Positions 59,780-64,000 of a stretch of 64,000 nt of DNA are shown one piece after another. Origin of the DNA: an uncultured Chloroflexia bacterium (GTDB lineage Bacteria > Chloroflexota > Chloroflexia > Thermomicrobiales > UBA6265); assembly GCA_963724295.1 (NCBI GenBank), contig CAVRUC010000011.1, positions 91,980 through 155,979 on the forward strand, written 5' to 3'. The notes beneath the pieces were generated by a model, which was given only the letters and a program-made list of their open reading frames with translations, searched no databases and was not told where the DNA came from. A program made the position numbers and the translations under genes. Numbering within the stretch: position 1 is the first letter of the stretch; the number at the start of each line of letters is the position of its first letter.

Positions 59780-60680
59780 TTCGAACGCTTGATGGCGCGG
59801 CCCGCTGGCAACCGTCCTCACTGCGGGGAATCCTGCTCCGCCCGACCTACGCCGGGTCGCTGGTGGCGCTGGCAGGCACGGCCGAGCGGGTGGTCTTGCG
59901 CGGGGTCGCGGACCCGATTGTGACGGAGGAGGAGTTCGCGGCGGTCGGCGGTCAGTTGGCTCGCAACAAGGCGCACAGCACGCGGCACAACCCGCACCCC
60001 GAGCGGTCGCTGCTGCGCGCCGGGTAGATCTTCTGTGGCCGTTGCGGCCGGGCCCTGGCGGTGGCGAATCCGACCCCGACCAGCCGCAATATCAGCCCCC
60101 AGTACCGCTGACCCGCGCAGCGGCAGCACGGTCCTGCCTACCCGAAACCGAGCATCAGCGCGAGCATGATTGATTCAGTCGTCTGGGATGTGGTGACCGA
60201 GGTCTTGCGCCATCCGCAGATCATCGCCGACGAGGTCGCCAAGCACCGGCAAGACGGTGGGTTGGAGCGCCAGCTTGCGGGCGTCGAGAAGCGACTCGCG
60301 GCCATCGTGACCAAGCACCAGACCGGCACCAAGCGAATGATGAGCGTGGACGACCACACGGCGGACCTGCTCTCCGTGGAACTCAAAGCCCTGAGTGACG
60401 AGATGCGAGCGGCGCAGACGGAGCGGGACAGCCTACCGGCGCGGATCGCTGATCGGGCCGAGGACGTACAGCGGGTGCAGAATCTCGAAGCGTAGGCGGA
60501 GACGGTGGCGGAGAACCTCGATATGCTGACCTATGACGAGAAGCGGCTGGCTCTCGATGCGCTGGGGGTGAAGGTTCACGCCTATCGGATCGGGACCGTC
60601 GATGCGAAAGGAGAACCCTACCCAAGATGGGTAATCACGCTGGAGCCAACAGTGGCGGACTCGACCATTCTGTACGGATC
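59780..60680 (+). pseudogene. Large serine recombinase remnant (catalytic N-terminus missing)
   Basis: One frame reads 'ILLRPTYAG...PIVTEEEF...FCGRCG...EKRLALDALGVKV'; in-frame stops at 60025 (TAG), 60109 (TGA) and 60493 (TAG). Confidence 0.8.
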
Positions 60681-61331
60681 TCCAAGTACGTCCATTCGTG
60701 CTTGCTGTTCGAGCACGAGGGTGACAAGCTGCTGTTCGACCCCGGGAACTACTCCTTCATCGAGGGGCGAGTCACCCCGGAGACGTTCCGGGATGTCTCG
60801 ACCGTCGTCATCACCCACAGCCACCCCGACCATCTCGCCCTCGAGCCGCTCAAGCAGATTCTGGCGCTAAGTGGCGCGGACGTCGTGACCAATGGCGAGG
60901 TGGCCGCGATCCTCGACGACGAAGGGATCGCCGCGACCACGATCGAGGAGGGCACGCTGACCGCCGGCGCGTTCAGGTTGCGCGCTATCCCGACCCCGCA
61001 CGAGGCGATCCTCGCCGATACGGTGCCTCATCACACGGCGTTCCTGGTCAACGATCGGGTTCTGCATTGTGGCGACTCCTTCGCGGATCCGCTGCTGTCC
61101 TACGCCGGCGTCGACGTTGCCATCATGCCGGTGATGGCGCCCTTCCTGACAGAGGTGGGCGTGGCCGCATTCGCCCGCTGGATGCGTCCCCGCCAGGTGA
61201 TCCCCGTTCACGATGGGTACGCCAAAGAGTTTTTCGTGAACCAACGCTACGGCAATTACGAAAGGGTCTTCACGGCGATGAACATCCAGTTCCACAAGCT
61301 CGCCGAACCGGGCGCCAGCGTGACGGTGTAA
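60672..61331 (+). CDS. MBL-fold metallo-hydrolase; native start codon absent
   Basis: 'RISKYVHSCLL...DPG...THSHPDH...GDS...PVHDG'; first codon is GTA, nearest in-frame ATG is 60627 inside the recombinase. Confidence 0.8.
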   Translation, partial: VRISKYVHSCLLFEHEGDKLLFDPGNYSFIEGRVTPETFRDVSTVVITHSHPDHLALEPLKQILALSGADVVTNGEVAAILDDEGIAATTIEEGTLTAGAFRLRAIPTPHEAILADTVPHHTAFLVNDRVLHCGDSFADPLLSYAGVDVAIMPVMAPFLTEVGVAAFARWMRPRQVIPVHDGYAKEFFVNQRYGNYERVFTAMNIQFHKLAEPGASVTV

Positions 61332-61521
61332 GGGGGTGCCAGCCGCTAGAGCGGCTTCAGGAGGTGCCGGTCGCTCAGGGCGCTCCCTCAGGGGTGAAGG
61401 AGGACGAGTAATAGTGCCATCGTTCTCCTTCCCCCCTGAGCCGAAGGCGACACCCCCTGAGGCGGTGAAACCGCCGCCACCCCCTGAGCGAAGCGGCACC
61501 CCCTGAGCGTAGCGGCTTCCC
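61330..61521. repeat. Intergenic array of CACCCCCTGA + mini-hairpin units, in both orientations
   Basis: Forward units at 61432, 61451, 61478, 61497; degenerate reversed units near 61330, 61357, 61388. Confidence 0.75.
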
Positions 61522-62670
61522 CTACGCGCGTTTCACCGTCTCCCACTTCTCCGACTTCGCCGATGTCAGGACCGCGTCGGTGACGTAGTCGGTTGCCAGC
61601 GCCTCGCGGAAGGTCGGGGAGACGGGTTCGCCGGTGGCCAGGCCGGTCAGAAAATCGGCCGCCTGGTGGATGAAGGAGTGCTCGTAGCCGATCTGTAACC
61701 CCGGCACCCACCAGTGCGCCATGTAGGGATGGTCGCTGTCGGTGATGTGGATCGAGCGCCAGCCGCGCACCCGGCCCTCGTCGCCGTGATCGAAATACGA
61801 CAGCCGGTGCAGATCGTGCAGGTCCCACATGATCGAGGCGTGTTCGCCGTTGATCTCCAGGGTGTAGAGCGCCTTGTGCCCGCGCGCGTAACGGGTCGCC
61901 TCGAAGGTGCCAAGCGAGCCGTTCTCGAAGCGGGCCAGGAAGGCGCTAGCGTCGTCGATGCCCACCGGTTCCGTCTTTCCGGTCAGATTGTGGTGACGCT
62001 CTTTGACGAAGGTCTCTGTCATCGCCGAGACGCGGTCGATGTCGCCGTTGAGCCAGAGCGCGGTGTCGATGCAGTGCGCCAGCAGATCACCGGTGACGCC
62101 GCTGCCGGCCACGTTGACGTCGAGCCGCCACAGCGCCGCGCCCCCTTGCGGGAGGTCTCTGGAGATGGTCCAGTCCTGCAGGAACTTGGCGCGGTAGTGG
62201 AAGATCTTCCCCAGCCGCCCCTCATCGACAAGCTGCTTGGCCAGGGTCACCGCCGGCACGCGGCGGTAGTTGTACCAGACCATGTTCGGCACGCCGGCCG
62301 CGTCCACCGCCTCCACCATTTTTTCTGATTCGGCGCCGCCGCGCGCGAGCGGTTTCTCGGTGGTGACCATCTTGCCGGCAGCCGCCGTGGCAATGGCGAT
62401 CTCGGCGTGGGTGTCATTGGGGCTGGCAATGTCGATCAGGTCGATGTCGTCGCGCGCCACCAGGGCCCGCCAATCGGTCTCGGTCGATTCGTAGCCCCAC
62501 TGCCCGGCGAACCCCTGCACTTCTTCTGGGTTGCGGGCGCAGACCGCTTTCAGCACCGGTTGGTACTCGAGCTCGAAAAACTGGTTGACCTTGCCCCAGG
62601 CATTGGAGTGGGTGCGCCCCATGAAGCCGCACCCGACCAGACCGACGTTGAGAGGTCGCTTTGCCGCCAA
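61522..62670 (-). CDS. Gfo/Idh/MocA oxidoreductase
   Basis: '[11 protein letters not shown]', 'EKPL', 'YNYRR.PA', 'DLLAH.ID'. Confidence 0.9.
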   Translation of the reverse strand: MAAKRPLNVGLVGCGFMGRTHSNAWGKVNQFFELEYQPVLKAVCARNPEEVQGFAGQWGYESTETDWRALVARDDIDLIDIASPNDTHAEIAIATAAAGKMVTTEKPLARGGAESEKMVEAVDAAGVPNMVWYNYRRVPAVTLAKQLVDEGRLGKIFHYRAKFLQDWTISRDLPQGGAALWRLDVNVAGSGVTGDLLAHCIDTALWLNGDIDRVSAMTETFVKERHHNLTGKTEPVGIDDASAFLARFENGSLGTFEATRYARGHKALYTLEINGEHASIMWDLHDLHRLSYFDHGDEGRVRGWRSIHITDSDHPYMAHWWVPGLQIGYEHSFIHQAADFLTGLATGEPVSPTFREALATDYVTDAVLTSAKSEKWETVKRA

Positions 62671-62706
62671 CGAAACCGCTCCTTTCTTTTCTTTCGATGC
62701 GCCCGA

Positions 62707-62840
62707 CTAGGGGCGACGCAGGCGTCGCCCGGATCTGATGCCGCTCACGTTCGCGTTTGAATCGCCTGGCCCGGTTCCTCTCGTCGGTGAATGACCATTC
62801 CGGTTGGGTGTGTTCGGGCGACACAGGTGTCGCCACTACG
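62707..62840. repeat. Inverted pair of GTAG-type REP elements
   Basis: CTAG-GGGCGAC-GCAGGC-GTCGCCC at 62707-62730; reverse copy GGGCGACACAGGTGTCGCCACTAC at about 62816-62839. Confidence 0.75.
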
Positions 62841-62876
62841 GGCACTTGTCGCTAAGCCTCGCCCTTTTGGTTCTAT

Positions 62877-63926
62877 TCAGGCACGCCAGCCGTGCGCATT
62901 CCGGACGTCGATCATCGCGCCCAGGACGTCGTTCCAGGTCTGTGGCTCCAGCATGGTGCTATTGGGGAACATACAGCCGTCCCAGCAGATGTGTTGATAG
63001 GCGCGGGTCGGCTCGCCGGCCTCATCGCGCATCCAGAACCCGGCGTGGTGGACGATATCGAGCCGCCCGTTCGGGTCGTTCACGGTGCAGTGGCGGCCGG
63101 TCTTGTCGTGCGTGCCAGAGCCAAAGACCGTGCCGTCGTTCTGGGCCACGTGGAAATCGATCGTCCAGGGACGGAGCGCGGCGGTAAGCGTCGCCAGCGC
63201 CTGGTCGAGCGTCTCGCGGTCCTCCCAGGCGAAATCGTCGGGCAGGATGCGCGCCTCCGGAGCGTTCGCGCCGAGGGTGTAGAGGAGGGTGTGCGCCATA
63301 TCGGCCTGGAAGCCGAGGGTCCGCGGACGGTCGACCGCTTCCAGCAGGTCGACCATCGCTTTCCAGCTATGCATCCCGCCCCAGCAGATCTCTCCTTCCG
63401 CCGCCAGCCGCTCGCCGTGACTCTCGGCCACGTCACAGGCCCGACGAAAGGTCTCGGCGATGATGCGGGTGTTCCCGGCGGGGTCCTTCGCCCATTCTTC
63501 GACGGGAGCCGCCGAGTCGATGCGCACCACGCCGTAGGAGCGCACGCCCAGCTCGCGCAGGCGGCTGGCGATGCGGCTGGCCTTGTCGACCATCTCGACG
63601 AAGCGGGCGCGTTCCTCGGCGCTCCCCATGGCCGAACCGCCGCCGACCGGTGGCCAGACCGGCGCCACCACCGAACCGACGACGAGATCGCGCGAGGCGA
63701 CCGCCTCGGCCAGCCGCTCGATGTCGTCGTCGCTGGCGTCGATGCTGGTGTGCGGGTCGGCCAGAAAGAGGTCGACGCCATCGAAGCGCGTGCCGTTCAC
63801 CTCGGCGGCGGCGGTGAGATCGAGCATCGTTTCCAGGTCGATCGGCGGCTCGGCATCGCCTCCCTTGCCGACCAGCCCAGGCCACATCGCGTTGTGCAGC
63901 TTCGGACCCGTGTTGCCCTCTGTCAT
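62877..63926 (-). CDS. Sugar-phosphate isomerase/epimerase (xylose-isomerase-like TIM barrel)
   Basis: GGAGG RBS; '[12 protein letters not shown]', 'QADMAH', 'DFHVAQND'; co-oriented with the Gfo/Idh/MocA gene. Confidence 0.8.
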   Translation of the reverse strand: MTEGNTGPKLHNAMWPGLVGKGGDAEPPIDLETMLDLTAAAEVNGTRFDGVDLFLADPHTSIDASDDDIERLAEAVASRDLVVGSVVAPVWPPVGGGSAMGSAEERARFVEMVDKASRIASRLRELGVRSYGVVRIDSAAPVEEWAKDPAGNTRIIAETFRRACDVAESHGERLAAEGEICWGGMHSWKAMVDLLEAVDRPRTLGFQADMAHTLLYTLGANAPEARILPDDFAWEDRETLDQALATLTAALRPWTIDFHVAQNDGTVFGSGTHDKTGRHCTVNDPNGRLDIVHHAGFWMRDEAGEPTRAYQHICWDGCMFPNSTMLEPQTWNDVLGAMIDVRNAHGWRA

Positions 63927-64000
63927 GTCGCCTCCTCCATACGAGCGGCGCCGCGATGCTCGCCCGCCAGGTTACGCTCGGTGCTTTCGAATGAGGCAAT

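Noticed and set aside
59780..60500. Stop-codon recoding (Pyl/Sec or alternative code) in the recombinase
   Set aside because: The stops are mixed TAG and TGA, each one substitution from a sense codon. The catalytic domain is also lost, and neighbouring genes use TAG and TGA as normal stops.
61430..61521. CRISPR mini-array
   Set aside because: Repeats are ~10 bp, spacers are short palindromes of unequal length, and no cas genes are visible.

Overview
GC-rich window, probably from a Thermomicrobiales (Chloroflexota) genome. This is inferred from PETG-repeat and 'MDxxxFDxL...RR' secreted proteins. About half of it (~4.7-35.4 kb, minus strand) is one co-oriented extracellular contractile injection system (eCIS; Afp/PVC-like) locus. 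Its order is AAA+ ATPase, coiled-coil protein, Pvc16/DUF4255, sheath, tube, chaperone + DUF6760, LysM tube initiator, gpD hub, gpV spike, PAAR, gp25, two baseplate-J proteins, an NHL/gpI tail protein and four related fibre-like proteins. It ends in three DUF4157 cargo proteins (CE4 deacetylase; 1481-aa toxin followed by an Imm49-like gene; Tlde1-type L,D-transpeptidase-fold domain). A convergent SARP/BTAD regulator lies at its left end. Structural genes at ~24.2-31.1 kb carry many single-base indels, either assembly error or decay. The right half holds ordinary metabolic and regulatory genes, a duplicated MocR leader, Cys-rich secreted DUF1554-like paralogs, a decayed serine-recombinase element abutting a metallo-hydrolase gene, and short REP/tandem repeats. 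All family calls come from reading motifs by eye, not from database searches.
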